A stretch of 64,000 nt of DNA from Candidatus Bathyarchaeia archaeon. Its GTDB lineage: Archaea > Thermoproteota > Bathyarchaeia > Bathyarchaeales > Bathycorpusculaceae. Where the stretch lies: assembly GCA_038882975.1 (NCBI GenBank), contig JAVZNE010000001.1:160001-224000 (forward strand), given 5' to 3'. The notes under the pieces are model-generated. The model was given only the letters and a program-made list of their open reading frames with translations, was not told the DNA's origin and made no database searches. A program made the translations under genes and the position numbers. How positions within the stretch are numbered: the stretch's first letter is position 1; each line of letters opens with the position of its first letter. Positions 48,200-59,015 of the stretch are shown here, one piece after another.

Positions 48200-49348
48200 A
48201 TGCGAGCGGTTGTTATAGGCTGCGGAAGAATGGGTTCGGTGGCGGCTGAAGAATTAGCGAAAAGGGCGAGCAAAGTTGAAGTTTTTGTTGCTGACAAAGA
48301 CGTAAACAAAGCCAAAGAAACTGCAAAAAGTATTGGAAAAAACAATGTTAAGTGGCTTCAATTAGACGCCTCAAACAAGAAAGAGCTGATAAACGCCTTG
48401 AAAGATTTCGATTTAGCTCTGGGTTTTTTGCCGCCGAGGTTTGGCTTCAGCCTCATTGAAGCATGCATAAAAGCGGGAAGTAATCTTGTTGACGTCTCGT
48501 ATATGCTTGAAAACCCCCTAATACTGCATGAGAAGGCTGTTGAGGCCGGTGTCACAATTGTTCCAAGCTGTGGATTAGCGCCAGGCATTAGCAACATCCT
48601 CGTTGGTCACGCAGTTGTAGAACTTAACAAAACCCATAAAATTCACATAATGGTTGGCGGACTACCAGAAATGCCAATACCGCCTTTGGGCTACGTTGTT
48701 ACATGGTCTCCTGAAAGCCTCATCGACGAATACACAAGCAAAGCCCACATAGTTAGGGATGGCAAAATAGTCGAAGTTGAAGCTTTAGATGGCTTGGAAA
48801 CGATGGAGTTTCCAAAGATTGGCAAGCTGGAGGCCTTTTACACGGACGGACTTAGAACTTTACTATACACTATTGGAGAGGTTGATGAAATGTGGGAAAA
48901 AACGCTTCGCTACCCCGGACACGCGGAAAAGATAAAGCTGCTAAGGGATTTGGGCTTCTTCAGCGACAAAGAGGTTTCCGTTGAAGGATGCCGCATACAA
49001 CCTAGAAAACTTACAGCAAAACTTTTCGAGAGAGCTCTCGTCAAACCTAACGTGAAGGACGTTGTCGTTTTAAAAGTTGAGGTTTACGGTTTAAAAGACG
49101 GAAGAAAAACGCGTTACACGTACAATTTGGTTGATTATTATGATGAAGGGGGCAGAGTTACCGCCATGGCTAGGACTACTGCATACACCGCCTCGATTGT
49201 GGCAACATTGATTTTGAAAGAAGCCATACCCTTAAAAGGTGTTGTGCCGCCGGAGATACTGGGCATGGAGGGAAAGATTTACAAACAAATCATAGCGGAA
49301 CTTGAAAATAGAGGAATTAAAATCGCTGAAGAAGTGTGTTTGGAATAG
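48200..49348 (+). CDS. Saccharopine dehydrogenase/lysine 6-dehydrogenase family
   Basis: GCGRMG, VDVS, CGLAPG, KTLRYPGH, AMARTT. Confidence 0.85.
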   Translation: MRAVVIGCGRMGSVAAEELAKRASKVEVFVADKDVNKAKETAKSIGKNNVKWLQLDASNKKELINALKDFDLALGFLPPRFGFSLIEACIKAGSNLVDVSYMLENPLILHEKAVEAGVTIVPSCGLAPGISNILVGHAVVELNKTHKIHIMVGGLPEMPIPPLGYVVTWSPESLIDEYTSKAHIVRDGKIVEVEALDGLETMEFPKIGKLEAFYTDGLRTLLYTIGEVDEMWEKTLRYPGHAEKIKLLRDLGFFSDKEVSVEGCRIQPRKLTAKLFERALVKPNVKDVVVLKVEVYGLKDGRKTRYTYNLVDYYDEGGRVTAMARTTAYTASIVATLILKEAIPLKGVVPPEILGMEGKIYKQIIAELENRGIKIAEEVCLE

Positions 49349-49355
49349 GCTTGTC

Positions 49356-50252
49356 TTATGATACTATGCCCATTCTGTGGAGTTCTTCCCGGAGGCTCTC
49401 TCTAACTTGTTTTAGGCTTTGCCTCTTAACCACATACTCGTCTCCGCTTATTTTGCCAGCCCTAAAATCTTCATCTAGCTGGGCTAATTGACGGTCTATT
49501 TCTGCTATGCGCGCCCTTATCTGGTCTATGTAGGATACGGCTCTTTCCTCTGCCATGACTTCTGACGGTGTCAGCGCCATCTTTATTACACCGTCCTCGA
49601 TTCGCAGTATTCTGTCCGCGGCTCTTGCAACGCTCGGGTCGTGAGTAACCATAATTATGGTTTTGCCTAATTCCTTATTGACTTTAGATAAATAATTGAC
49701 AACGATTTTTGCATTTGCGGTGTCCAACTCGCCTGTTGGCTCATCGGCTAATATTAGTGGCGGGTCATTCGCAAGAGCGGCGGCTATGGCTACTCGTTGC
49801 TGTTCTCCACCGCTTAATTCGTCTGGTTTGTGGTGGGCTCTTTCTGTCAGCCCAACTATTTCGAGAAGCTCCTTAACGCGTTGGGTTCTTTTGCTTCTCG
49901 GGACACCTAAAGCTACCATGGGAAGCTCAATGTTTTCCGCCGCCGTTAAAGTCGGTATCAGGTTTAGTGTTTGGAATATGTGGCCCACCGTTTTGCGCCT
50001 ATATTCAACTAGTTGGGATGGATGCAGTGCTGTAACCACTGTGTCGCCAACTTGAACGTAGCCTCCCGTTGCTTGGTCCAACCCGCCTATAATGTTGAGC
50101 AGTGTTGTTTTTCCGCTTCCACTTGGCCCAATTATGGAGACCATTTCGCCCTCCTTAACTTCCATGCTTAACCCTCTTAGGGCTTGGACCTCCACGTTTC
50201 CAAGCCTATAAATTTTGATTAGGTCTTTGGCTATCACCTTCATTCCTCTCAT
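49356..50252 (-). CDS. ABC ATP-binding protein (LolD/MacB-like) with C-terminal helical extension
   Basis: GPSGSGKT, LSGGEQQR, DEPTG.LD, VTHD. Confidence 0.92.
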   Translation of the reverse strand: MRGMKVIAKDLIKIYRLGNVEVQALRGLSMEVKEGEMVSIIGPSGSGKTTLLNIIGGLDQATGGYVQVGDTVVTALHPSQLVEYRRKTVGHIFQTLNLIPTLTAAENIELPMVALGVPRSKRTQRVKELLEIVGLTERAHHKPDELSGGEQQRVAIAAALANDPPLILADEPTGELDTANAKIVVNYLSKVNKELGKTIIMVTHDPSVARAADRILRIEDGVIKMALTPSEVMAEERAVSYIDQIRARIAEIDRQLAQLDEDFRAGKISGDEYVVKRQSLKQVRESLREELHRMGIVS

Positions 50253-53017
50253 ATTCTCACTATCCTCTCAACTTTTGAAATGTATCTTTTCGTAAGTAAG
50301 AGTGTGGGTATTATTGTTGAGGCGAATATTAGGGTTAGGCATGAAGCCAGAAGTGTTATGGCGTCTAGCGGGAAAACCATTCTGTATCTCACAAGCGTGT
50401 AGGCCAGCGCGGAGTTAGAAGCTGCAACATTGCCATTCACAACAATCAGACCCACCACCGCGCCTAAGACAACCGCGAAGGTGACGACGGCCATATTCTC
50501 TGTGAGCAGCATAATCAAAAGTTGTTTAAAGGACAAACCACGCGACCACATTATAGAAGCCTCTTTCTTCCGTTCTTGAAGGCTTACCAACGTTGCTAAA
50601 CCCACAGCCACAGAAGCCGCCAATATTGCAAAGACAACGCCTACGCTTTGAATGTTCAGCGGCCCAACCAGTAATAGATTGCTTTGAAGTTCTTCCAGTT
50701 CTTCAGCAACTGAACGCACAGAATTAACACCGTTAATTTTTCGAATTTCAGAAGCCACCGCCGCCCCATCGGCATTCGCCTTCAACTTCACCAGAATAGT
50801 AGCAGGTGATTGCCAACCCAAATTCAGCGATTTAAAAAGCCCCATCGGAATGTACGATTGGAAATGCCACTGATATTCTTGAGGGATTTCGTGCCCAAAA
50901 AATCCGATAACCTCCAATTCCAATCTTGAATTCCCAATAGTAACCATCACAGTGTCTCCAACCTTCTTATTTAGGCTTGCCGCAGCATTCCGCTCAAGAA
51001 TAATCGTTTGATTTTTCATTTTCATAGACTGGAAGGCTTTTTCTGCATTGTTGCCGCTGAACCAGTCTTCTTCATAATAGGCTGTTGAAGGCCAAGTTTC
51101 TGGGTCAACAGCGATAATTTGCCTCGAATTGCCATCTGAAAATACTCCAGCGATGGAATATTGAATGGTTAGAGACGCTATCTCGTTCATATTTTTTATG
51201 GTCTTTTGAACCTCCGTTATGTTGGCTGTTGGGCCCAATGAGACGCTTATGTCTGCGCCCACCTCGGCTTTGATTCTGCGGATTGTGTAGTCTTGGCTGC
51301 TGGCAACTCCCCCTATAGTTTGGAAGCTGTAGCCCACAATCAATGCCACTAGGAAGGCTACTGAAGCGGCTCTAGCAGGGTTTCTCTGAACGCTTTTTGT
51401 GGCGAAAGTTCCCAAATCGCCCAGAAACTTCGCTGCTCGAGCCACCAGCTCTTGAAACTTTAGAGAGCCCCGAATGAAAATCTTTGTGAAACCCCAGAAA
51501 AAGAGTAGCGGTCCAATGTATGTAAGGGCGGAATCTATGGCAATCCATATGGCCAAAAGTATTAAGAGGAATATGTTAGTGAAAGGTGGAGGTCGTCCCG
51601 TGAAAACTTGGACCAAGTTTATGCCGAAAAGGAACATGACAATCTTGTAGAGCCCAAGGGCGAAGGCTACCCATGGCCAACGCTGCTTGTATGGCTTAAC
51701 CTCCTCTATGTAAGTGTATTCCCTAAGGGCCTCTACTGTTGGAAGTTTTGCGGCCCTCCGCGAGGGGCTGAAGGTGGAGAAAAGGGTTATGGCTAAGCCA
51801 AAAATTACGGTTAAAATTATGATTTCCGTACTTAAAACTGGTGATGCCATTTCCAGTCCCCCACTTGCCGCAGCGAAGAGGGGAGCAACTGCAAAACCCA
51901 GTCCCACCCCTGCCAGCCCGCCTAGTATTCCGATTATTATCGACTCCGTTAGGAATAGCCTAAACAATTGAGCGTTCGAGAAACCTTTCGTTAAAAGCAA
52001 GCCAATTTCCCGTCTTCGCAGGTTGTAGGAGACATCTGAAACAGTTGATCCAACATACCAAGCCACAAAAAAGACCGGAAGCGCCACAATGATAAAAGCG
52101 AACCGCATGGTTATGCTTGTCGTATAGAAGGTCATAAGGGCCATTCCAAGGTTGTCGGTAACATACATGCCGCTGTATTTGGCAACTTTTTCACCAATTT
52201 GAAACTTAACCTTTTCAAAAGCCTCCATCGAACTGGGAATGTCCCAAGGGTTGATAAACCGCTCTCTGTCTACATAGACTAGAATCTGTGTTGAAAATGG
52301 AAGACTGTAGTATGGTATATCTTTTGGAACATCGTCCAGAAGCCTTGCGAAGGTTTCCTCCCAGCTTATAATGAGGAGCAAATCACCATGAAAAATGCCG
52401 GTTCTGTAATCATCCCGCAGTATCATTATAGGTGGACTCCATTCACCAGTGGCGATTGAATAAGCCTTGCCATCAAGCTCTACAAAGCCCATAACCATCA
52501 GGGACAAAACAGCAAAAGTCTCTTCCCGCTGGCTTCGATATGAATAATATGTGAGATTTAAGGTGATTATGTCGCCCAACTTCATTTTATTAGCTGCTTT
52601 TGAACCAACCCAAACATAAGTTTCATTCACCCCAAGTGCGCCTTCTCCGTTTACTATGCTAAGCCCCTCATAAACTATTGAGGTGGATGATATGGCAGCA
52701 ACCATTACCACAGTGTAATTTTCGTCAAATTTTATAGTTGAAGTGAGTCTTGAGATAACCTCAGCACCCCTTACCCCTTCAACTTGCCTAATGTCGTTAG
52801 CCGCTTTTTTCCAATCGCTGGAGCTGATGGTTGAGCTGCTGCCAACACTTATATCAACGGGGATTCGTTCTAGCTGCTGCAAGAGGGCAGCCCTTGCTGT
52901 TGTATCGGCGCCGATATTTATGCCAGCGAAAAAGGACGAGGCAAGAATGACTCCTAACAGCAGTGCCGCGAAAAGCCCGAAAGAACGGAAAATTCGCTTT
53001 ACAGCGTACGAAATCAT
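50249..53017 (-). CDS. FtsX/MacB-like ABC permease (duplicated)
   Basis: Two permease halves: RRREIGLL..KG and ERKKE...SRG. Confidence 0.85.
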   Translation of the reverse strand: MISYAVKRIFRSFGLFAALLLGVILASSFFAGINIGADTTARAALLQQLERIPVDISVGSSSTISSSDWKKAANDIRQVEGVRGAEVISRLTSTIKFDENYTVVMVAAISSTSIVYEGLSIVNGEGALGVNETYVWVGSKAANKMKLGDIITLNLTYYSYRSQREETFAVLSLMVMGFVELDGKAYSIATGEWSPPIMILRDDYRTGIFHGDLLLIISWEETFARLLDDVPKDIPYYSLPFSTQILVYVDRERFINPWDIPSSMEAFEKVKFQIGEKVAKYSGMYVTDNLGMALMTFYTTSITMRFAFIIVALPVFFVAWYVGSTVSDVSYNLRRREIGLLLTKGFSNAQLFRLFLTESIIIGILGGLAGVGLGFAVAPLFAAASGGLEMASPVLSTEIIILTVIFGLAITLFSTFSPSRRAAKLPTVEALREYTYIEEVKPYKQRWPWVAFALGLYKIVMFLFGINLVQVFTGRPPPFTNIFLLILLAIWIAIDSALTYIGPLLFFWGFTKIFIRGSLKFQELVARAAKFLGDLGTFATKSVQRNPARAASVAFLVALIVGYSFQTIGGVASSQDYTIRRIKAEVGADISVSLGPTANITEVQKTIKNMNEIASLTIQYSIAGVFSDGNSRQIIAVDPETWPSTAYYEEDWFSGNNAEKAFQSMKMKNQTIILERNAAASLNKKVGDTVMVTIGNSRLELEVIGFFGHEIPQEYQWHFQSYIPMGLFKSLNLGWQSPATILVKLKANADGAAVASEIRKINGVNSVRSVAEELEELQSNLLLVGPLNIQSVGVVFAILAASVAVGLATLVSLQERKKEASIMWSRGLSFKQLLIMLLTENMAVVTFAVVLGAVVGLIVVNGNVAASNSALAYTLVRYRMVFPLDAITLLASCLTLIFASTIIPTLLLTKRYISKVERIVRI

Positions 53018-53126
53018 CCAACAGCCTCGAGTTTTCGTGGTAAAAATATCTCAACCTTGTTTATTTAAGACTATACATTAGAACATGCTTTATATCCCCA
53101 TTCGCTCCCTTTTCTATTGAAAAGCC

Positions 53127-55220
53127 ATGCCGATAACTAAAATTAGGAAAAGAGACGGCCGGATAGTTGACTTTAGCCCTGAGAGAATTAAAAATGCCAT
53201 ACACAAGGCTTTTGTAGCCGTTAAACTTGAAGACGGGGAAAAAGCTGAAAGATTAACAAGAGATGTTGTTAGCCTTTTAGAAGAAAGATTTGTAGAAAGA
53301 ATCCCTTCGGTTGAGGATGTCCAAGACGTTGTAATAGAGGTTTTAAAGAAGAGCGGTTTTGAAGAGGTTGCCTCGGAATACCAAGCCTACAGGCGAAAGA
53401 AGGAGGAGATAAGACGGCTTAGAGAAAGGCTTGGAATAGAGGAGCCTAAGCTGACAGTTAATGCCCTTGAAGTTTTGAGGAAGCGTTACCTCCGAAGGGA
53501 TGAAGCGGGCAACATAATTGAAGACCCGGCTCAAATGTTTAGGAGGGTTGCAAAAGCCATAGCTAGAATTGACCGAAAATACGGCGAAGACCCAAGGGAA
53601 AGCGAGGAAACCTTCTACAGGATGATGGCTAGGCTTGAGTTTCTCCCGAATTCGCCTACGCTCTTTAATGCTGGAACAAAACTCGGTCAGCTCTCTGCAT
53701 GTTTTGTCTTGCCAGTTGAAGATTCCTTGGACAGCATTTTCGAAGCAGTTAAGAATATGGCTTTAATCGAGAAAAGCGGCGGCGGCGTTGGCTTCGACTT
53801 TTCAAGGCTTAGGCCTAAAGGCGACATAGTCATGTCCACCAAGGGCGTGGCCTCCGGCCCGGTCAGCTTCATGCGAGTTTTCGACATTGCCACCGATGTC
53901 ATTAAGGCGGGTGGCAAAAGACGTGGTGCTATGATGGGAATTTTGCGTGTGGATCATCCAGACATTCTCGAGTTTATAACTGCAAAGCAGCAGCCGGGTT
54001 TCCTTTCAAACTTTAACATATCGGTTGCCATAACTGACGATTTTATGAAAACCCTTGAGGAGGATGGCGAATACTGGCTAATAAACCCAAGAAATAAGGA
54101 AAGAACGGGAAAGCTCAAGGCAAGGGAGGTTTGGGACCTAATAGCGAGGTCTGCCTGGGCAAGCGGTGATCCTGGCATCGTATTCATAGACGAGATTAAT
54201 AGGCATAACCCCACACCAGAAGTAGGAAGGATAGAGTCAACTAACCCATGTGGAGAACAGCCACTCCTGCCCTACGAGTCATGCAATTTGGGGTCAATTA
54301 ATCTTTCACGCATGGTTGAGGATGGAAAAATTAATTGGGAGAAGCTTAGGGAAACTGTTGGGAATGCTGTCCATTTTTTGGACAATGTTATAGATGCAAA
54401 CAGGTATCCGATAAGGGAAATAGAGAAAATTACAAAGGCTAATAGGAAGATAGGCTTGGGCGTGATGGGTTTTGCAGACATGCTAATTAAGCTTGGCATA
54501 CCCTACAATTCTGAACAAGCCTTGGAGCTTGCGGAAAAACTGATGAAGTTCATCGACGAGGAAGCCCATAAAAAGTCTGAGGAAATTGCCGAGAAAAGGG
54601 GCTCATTTCCAAATTTCGACAAGAGCATTTGGAAGGACAAGTATAGGGCTATGAGAAACACCACAGTCACAACAATAGCCCCAACTGGAAGCATAAGCAT
54701 AATTGCGGGGTGCTCATCCGGAATTGAGCCGCTTTTCGCCGTATCCTTCATAAGAAACGTCTTGGATGGGACGAGGCTTTTTGAAACGAACCCGTTGTTT
54801 GAAATTGTAGCGAAGGAAAGAGGCTTTTATGATGCGCATCTCCTTGAGGAGATAGCAAAAACCGGTTCTGTTCAAAAGATAGACAAGGTTCCAGAAGATG
54901 TCAAAAAGGTTTTTGTAACAGCCTTAGACATAGAGCCTGAGTGGCATGTGAGGATGCAAGCGGCTTTCCAGAAGTACACAGATAACGCTGTTTCAAAAAC
55001 CGTTAACATGCCCTTTGAGGCAACCGTCGAGGACGTCAGAAAAGTGTTTGAGCTTGCTTGGAAACTGAAATGTAAGGGTGTAACTGTTTTCCGTTACGGA
55101 AGCAGGCCGGAGCAAGTCCTATACATTGGGGAAGTTAAAACCGCTGAAAAGAGATTTATTTCGGCGGATTCAGAGTATGCTGGAGGTTGCCCAACAAAAA
55201 CCTGTCCATTCCCCGGATAA
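53127..55220 (+). CDS. nrdJ: Class II (B12-dependent) ribonucleotide reductase with ATP cone
   Basis: KRDG ATP cone, PNSPTL.NAG, SACFV, TNPCGEQ, APTGS, C-terminal CPTKTC. Confidence 0.93.
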   Translation: MPITKIRKRDGRIVDFSPERIKNAIHKAFVAVKLEDGEKAERLTRDVVSLLEERFVERIPSVEDVQDVVIEVLKKSGFEEVASEYQAYRRKKEEIRRLRERLGIEEPKLTVNALEVLRKRYLRRDEAGNIIEDPAQMFRRVAKAIARIDRKYGEDPRESEETFYRMMARLEFLPNSPTLFNAGTKLGQLSACFVLPVEDSLDSIFEAVKNMALIEKSGGGVGFDFSRLRPKGDIVMSTKGVASGPVSFMRVFDIATDVIKAGGKRRGAMMGILRVDHPDILEFITAKQQPGFLSNFNISVAITDDFMKTLEEDGEYWLINPRNKERTGKLKAREVWDLIARSAWASGDPGIVFIDEINRHNPTPEVGRIESTNPCGEQPLLPYESCNLGSINLSRMVEDGKINWEKLRETVGNAVHFLDNVIDANRYPIREIEKITKANRKIGLGVMGFADMLIKLGIPYNSEQALELAEKLMKFIDEEAHKKSEEIAEKRGSFPNFDKSIWKDKYRAMRNTTVTTIAPTGSISIIAGCSSGIEPLFAVSFIRNVLDGTRLFETNPLFEIVAKERGFYDAHLLEEIAKTGSVQKIDKVPEDVKKVFVTALDIEPEWHVRMQAAFQKYTDNAVSKTVNMPFEATVEDVRKVFELAWKLKCKGVTVFRYGSRPEQVLYIGEVKTAEKRFISADSEYAGGCPTKTCPFPG

Positions 55221-55247
55221 GAAATACGGTTTCAAGGGTGATGCCTC

Positions 55248-56648
55248 GTGAAAACTTCGTTAGGCTTTGTTAACGAAGAGAACATGAGCATGTTAACAGA
55301 CCTTTATGAGCTTACAATGTGTGCAAGCTACTTTGACAATAAGAGACTTGAACCAGCCACCTTCGACCTCTTCATAAGACGTTTGCCCCCGAACCGCTCA
55401 TACTTTCTATTTGCCGGCTTAGAACAAGTCCTACTGTTTCTGGAAAGGATGCGGTTCACAGAAGAGCACATAAAATTCTTGAGAAGCCAAGGGTTCAAAG
55501 AGGATTTCCTCGACTATTTAAGGAATTTCAGGTTTAGTGGCGATGTTTGGGCTGTTCCAGAGGGCACCGTAGTTTTCCCCAACGAGCCGCTGATTAGGGT
55601 TACAGCCCCAATAATAGAGGCGCAGCTGATAGAAACCTTCATTTTAAACACTATTAATCTCCAAACCACAATAGCCACTAAAGCCTCTAGAGTTATTTAT
55701 GCCGCTCAAGGTAGGTCTGTAATCGAGTTTGGCTTGAGAAGGGAACATGGAACAGATGCCGGAATGAAAGTTGCCCGCGCAAGCTACATTGCTGGTTGTA
55801 ATGGCACATCAAATGTTCTGGCCGGAATGTTGTATGGCATACCTGTTTTCGGGACTATGGCGCACTCCTTTGTCATGTTCTTCGACAACGAAATAGAGTC
55901 TTTTAGGGCTTTTGCAAAAACCTTCCCTGACAAGTCAACTTTGCTGATAGATACTTTTGATAACATTAAGGGCGCGGAAAACGCCATAACCGTCGCTAAA
56001 GAACTGGAAAAAATGGGGTTTAGGCTTCGCGGAGTGCGCATTGACAGCGGAGACCTTGTGGAGATAAGCCGAAAGGTTAGGAAAATGCTTGACGATAATG
56101 GGCTTGGTTATGTGCAGATATTTGCAAGCGGAGACCTCGACGAATATAGAATAGAGGAGTTGCTAAGCAAAGGCGCAAAAATAGACGCCTTCGGCGTTGG
56201 CACACGCATGGGAACATCCGCAGACAGACCCTATGTTGACATAATCTACAAACTATGCGAAAAGATGAACGAGAAGGGCGAATTCCAGCCAATAATGAAG
56301 CTAAGCGAGAGAAAAGCCACCCTTCCAGGGAGAAAGCAGGTTTTCAGGTTTAAAGATGAGGGAGGAAAATTTGTTAAGGATGTAATCGCCCTAGAGGGCG
56401 AAGATGTTGGCGGTGAACCGCTTCTTGTCAAGGTTATAGAGAAAGGCAGAATAGTCTATGATTTGCCATCTCTTGAAGAGATAAGGAAAAGAGCAATAAA
56501 TAACCTTTCAATGCTTCCAGAAAAATACAAGAGGCTTAGGGGCGCAGCCAAATACCCGGTTGAGTTGAGCCCCAAGCTTAAGAGGCTAATAAAGGATTTA
56601 AAGGAAAAACTGAAAAAGGTTGAAGGCGTCTATCCTAGCCAAAATTAG
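55248..56648 (+). CDS. pncB: Nicotinate phosphoribosyltransferase
   Basis: LTDLYELTM, EFGLRR, GTMAHS, RIDSGD, FGVGT. Confidence 0.93.
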   Translation: MKTSLGFVNEENMSMLTDLYELTMCASYFDNKRLEPATFDLFIRRLPPNRSYFLFAGLEQVLLFLERMRFTEEHIKFLRSQGFKEDFLDYLRNFRFSGDVWAVPEGTVVFPNEPLIRVTAPIIEAQLIETFILNTINLQTTIATKASRVIYAAQGRSVIEFGLRREHGTDAGMKVARASYIAGCNGTSNVLAGMLYGIPVFGTMAHSFVMFFDNEIESFRAFAKTFPDKSTLLIDTFDNIKGAENAITVAKELEKMGFRLRGVRIDSGDLVEISRKVRKMLDDNGLGYVQIFASGDLDEYRIEELLSKGAKIDAFGVGTRMGTSADRPYVDIIYKLCEKMNEKGEFQPIMKLSERKATLPGRKQVFRFKDEGGKFVKDVIALEGEDVGGEPLLVKVIEKGRIVYDLPSLEEIRKRAINNLSMLPEKYKRLRGAAKYPVELSPKLKRLIKDLKEKLKKVEGVYPSQN

Positions 56649-56668
56649 GGTACATTTCCTTTCAAAAT

Positions 56669-57214
56669 TTAGCTCGAAAACATCAGTAGGAGGTTTATGA
56701 AGGCTACTTCTAATATGGCCGCTATGAAGAATATGCCATAAACGTAGACTAGGTCTCTTGTTCTAAGGTTTCTGCTTAATGTTTTCTTCAGCGTCAGGAA
56801 AATGCCGCAACCTTCGACGATTCCTACAGGCATGCTCATGACCAGTATCGCGGGTAACACGTCCAAGCTGACTTTTCCATATATTAGGGTGCAGCCCCTC
56901 AAAATGCTCAAGAAAACAATTATTATTGTGAAGGCTATGGCGAAGGTTTGCGGGTGCTCCAAAACAATATGCGAATATTTTTCCCTTTTAAAGAACCCCG
57001 AGAGAACGAGGCTTACATAGAAGGACATGCCTAGTAGAATCATAGAGATGACAAGCACGTTATGTAGAAATATCATTCCAACGGCTAAGAGCTGGTTTTG
57101 GAGAATGTTTTTTGCCAGAATTGTGAAGAAGACGGTGTTTTCGAAAGAGGATAATAGTAGCGAGGAAAGAAAGGCTAAGCCTAACGTGATAGTGCGCTTT
57201 TTTGTCTCCGACAA
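56669..57214 (-). CDS. Membrane protein (SpoIIM-like features)
   Basis: Multi-TM; IFLHN, P.GIVE, AA.LE patterns. Confidence 0.55.
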   Translation of the reverse strand: MSETKKRTITLGLAFLSSLLLSSFENTVFFTILAKNILQNQLLAVGMIFLHNVLVISMILLGMSFYVSLVLSGFFKREKYSHIVLEHPQTFAIAFTIIIVFLSILRGCTLIYGKVSLDVLPAILVMSMPVGIVEGCGIFLTLKKTLSRNLRTRDLVYVYGIFFIAAILEVAFINLLLMFSS

Positions 57215-57235
57215 TTAATAAACCCTCGCCTTTTG

Positions 57236-57709
57236 CTAAGGCATCATGGACATAAGCCATCCAATGACCTTTTCCAATAAGCCAGCAAGCAAGCCTAGCA
57301 AACCAAATATCAAAGCTAGGAGCAGCAGGATTGCTAAGTAAATTATTACTACAAGTATGCCCACTGCCAATGCGCCAAGCCAACCGGTTTCGTAAAAACG
57401 CTTGATTAACAGGAGCCAGACAAAAATGCTTATGAGAAGTGCTATCCAGCCGGGCAGCAAAACAGCAAATACCGTAGACAAAACAGTTCCTAACAGCGAG
57501 ATTATGAAGGCATCTGAAAATAAGGCACGCCTCTTGCCAACCACGATTAGCCCTGCAATATAGAGAACGATTGTTAATACAAGGAGTTCAACAAAGAACC
57601 AGATGAGCGCAAAAAGAATGTTTAGGCCTTTCAGCAATTCAGAGCCACGCCCCTCAGCGCTTTTGAAGAGCAGAAGCAAGGCAGTTTTAACTAATAAATG
57701 CCATGTCAT
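57236..57709 (-). CDS. Hypothetical multi-TM membrane protein
   Basis: Hydrophobic ORF with ETGWLGAL. Confidence 0.6.
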   Translation of the reverse strand: MTWHLLVKTALLLLFKSAEGRGSELLKGLNILFALIWFFVELLVLTIVLYIAGLIVVGKRRALFSDAFIISLLGTVLSTVFAVLLPGWIALLISIFVWLLLIKRFYETGWLGALAVGILVVIIYLAILLLLALIFGLLGLLAGLLEKVIGWLMSMMP

Positions 57710-57803
57710 TTTAAACCACCAGATGTTAGCATGGTTTAATGCAGAGAAATAAAAAGTTTGAGGATTGCCAATCTTGAAAAGTAATCTTTCTCTATGACTT
57801 AGG

Positions 57804-58085
57804 CTATTTTGTGATTTCTTCTACTTCTTTTCTGCCCTTTTCCAGCTCTTTGACTTGTTCTCCGTCTTCCTTTAGTAATAGTGTTTGGAACTCGCCCACG
57901 TGGGTTTTCTCTTCCCTCGCTATTTCTAGAAGCACTTTTCTAATGGTCTCGTTTGTTGTTGCGGCTGCTAGTTGCTCATAGAGGTTTACTGCGTCCAATT
58001 CGGCGATTATGGCAACGCGTAGTATCTCACAATCCAAAAGTTTCTCTGAAACCTTTTCAACCTTAACCGGAATCTGGGACAGCAT
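57804..58085 (-). CDS. Short ferritin-like protein (encapsulated-ferritin/Flp type)
   Basis: R.AIIAELDAVNLYEQ...IAREEKTHVGEF; start trimmed to ATG 58085. Confidence 0.82.
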   Translation of the reverse strand: MLSQIPVKVEKVSEKLLDCEILRVAIIAELDAVNLYEQLAAATTNETIRKVLLEIAREEKTHVGEFQTLLLKEDGEQVKELEKGRKEVEEITK

Positions 58086-58227
58086 ACAGTTTACTCTCCG
58101 CAGAGGTGTTTTGACATTAACATTAAAAACTTTTTTGTGCAGATTCAAAAATCGATTTCGCTTTGTAGAATACGTTCCAATATATAATATCCATTAAATA
58201 AGAAGTTATGGTTGAAGGGAGACAAAG

Positions 58228-58467
58228 ATGGATAACTCAGTGAGAGGGTTCATAGGTGCTATAACTTTTGCACTCGGCGGTGCAATGTTACTCTTTAGCC
58301 TTTACCAGATTCTTTACAACGTGGATAAGCCCTGGATTAACCAAGAATTATTTATGGTACTCTTTGTTCTTCCAATAGGTTTTGTGGCGTTTTTACTAAT
58401 TGGTTTGGGCATACTATCAATATTGAAAGCTACAAAAAGCCAAGATGTGTCAAAAGTTCAACGGTAG
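58228..58467 (+). CDS. Small two-TM membrane protein
   Basis: Two hydrophobic helices. Confidence 0.5.
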   Translation: MDNSVRGFIGAITFALGGAMLLFSLYQILYNVDKPWINQELFMVLFVLPIGFVAFLLIGLGILSILKATKSQDVSKVQR

Positions 58468-58490
58468 TAAAGAAAGGTGGCAGATGTTCG

Positions 58491-58919
58491 TTACAGTTCT
58501 TCTGCTAGTGTTGTGAATAGGTCGTGGTGTTCCTCCTCGTCTTCTAGGATTTCTTCAAATAGGTGGGCTGTTGTTGTGTCGTTTTCTTTTCTTGCTTGGG
58601 CTATTATTTGCTTGTATAGGTTTATGGCGTTTTCCTCGTCTTTTATGTCTCGTTGTATCATTTCCTTAAGTGTTTTTCCAACAAATATCTCAGTTGGCTT
58701 TGTTGTGGGCGTCCCGCCTAAATAGAATAGCCTTTCAGCGATGGCTTCTGCATGCTTCATTTCCGTTATAGCCACTTTTTTAAGCTCTTCTTGAACCGCG
58801 AAGCCTTTGACACCACTCCATTGGACGTGTTGCCACATGTATTGTATGGAGACTTGCATCTCTCTTGCGATGGCGTCGTTCAGCATTTCCAACAATTTTT
58901 TAGAAGCCAAAATTTTCAC
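58491..58919 (-). CDS. Bacterioferritin-like di-iron protein
   Basis: LN.AIARE..QY, EMKHAE.IAER, E..AI..Y, DEEEH. Confidence 0.85.
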   Translation of the reverse strand: MKILASKKLLEMLNDAIAREMQVSIQYMWQHVQWSGVKGFAVQEELKKVAITEMKHAEAIAERLFYLGGTPTTKPTEIFVGKTLKEMIQRDIKDEENAINLYKQIIAQARKENDTTTAHLFEEILEDEEEHHDLFTTLAEEL

Positions 58920-59015
58920 CTCCCTTTCAGTTTTGTACTGGTTTGTTTAAAAGTTTTGCCAAAAGATGCGAAACTCTGCAAGAAAAATGGGAAATTTATG
59001 GCTTTCAATGTTAGG

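Noticed and set aside
48076-48345. N-terminal extension of SUI1 in the ORF track
   Set aside because: It overlaps the divergent dehydrogenase gene and its promoter; homology starts near 48075-48087.
10374-55220. Inteins in mcm, rfcS or nrdJ
   Set aside because: Protein lengths are normal and conserved motifs are uninterrupted.
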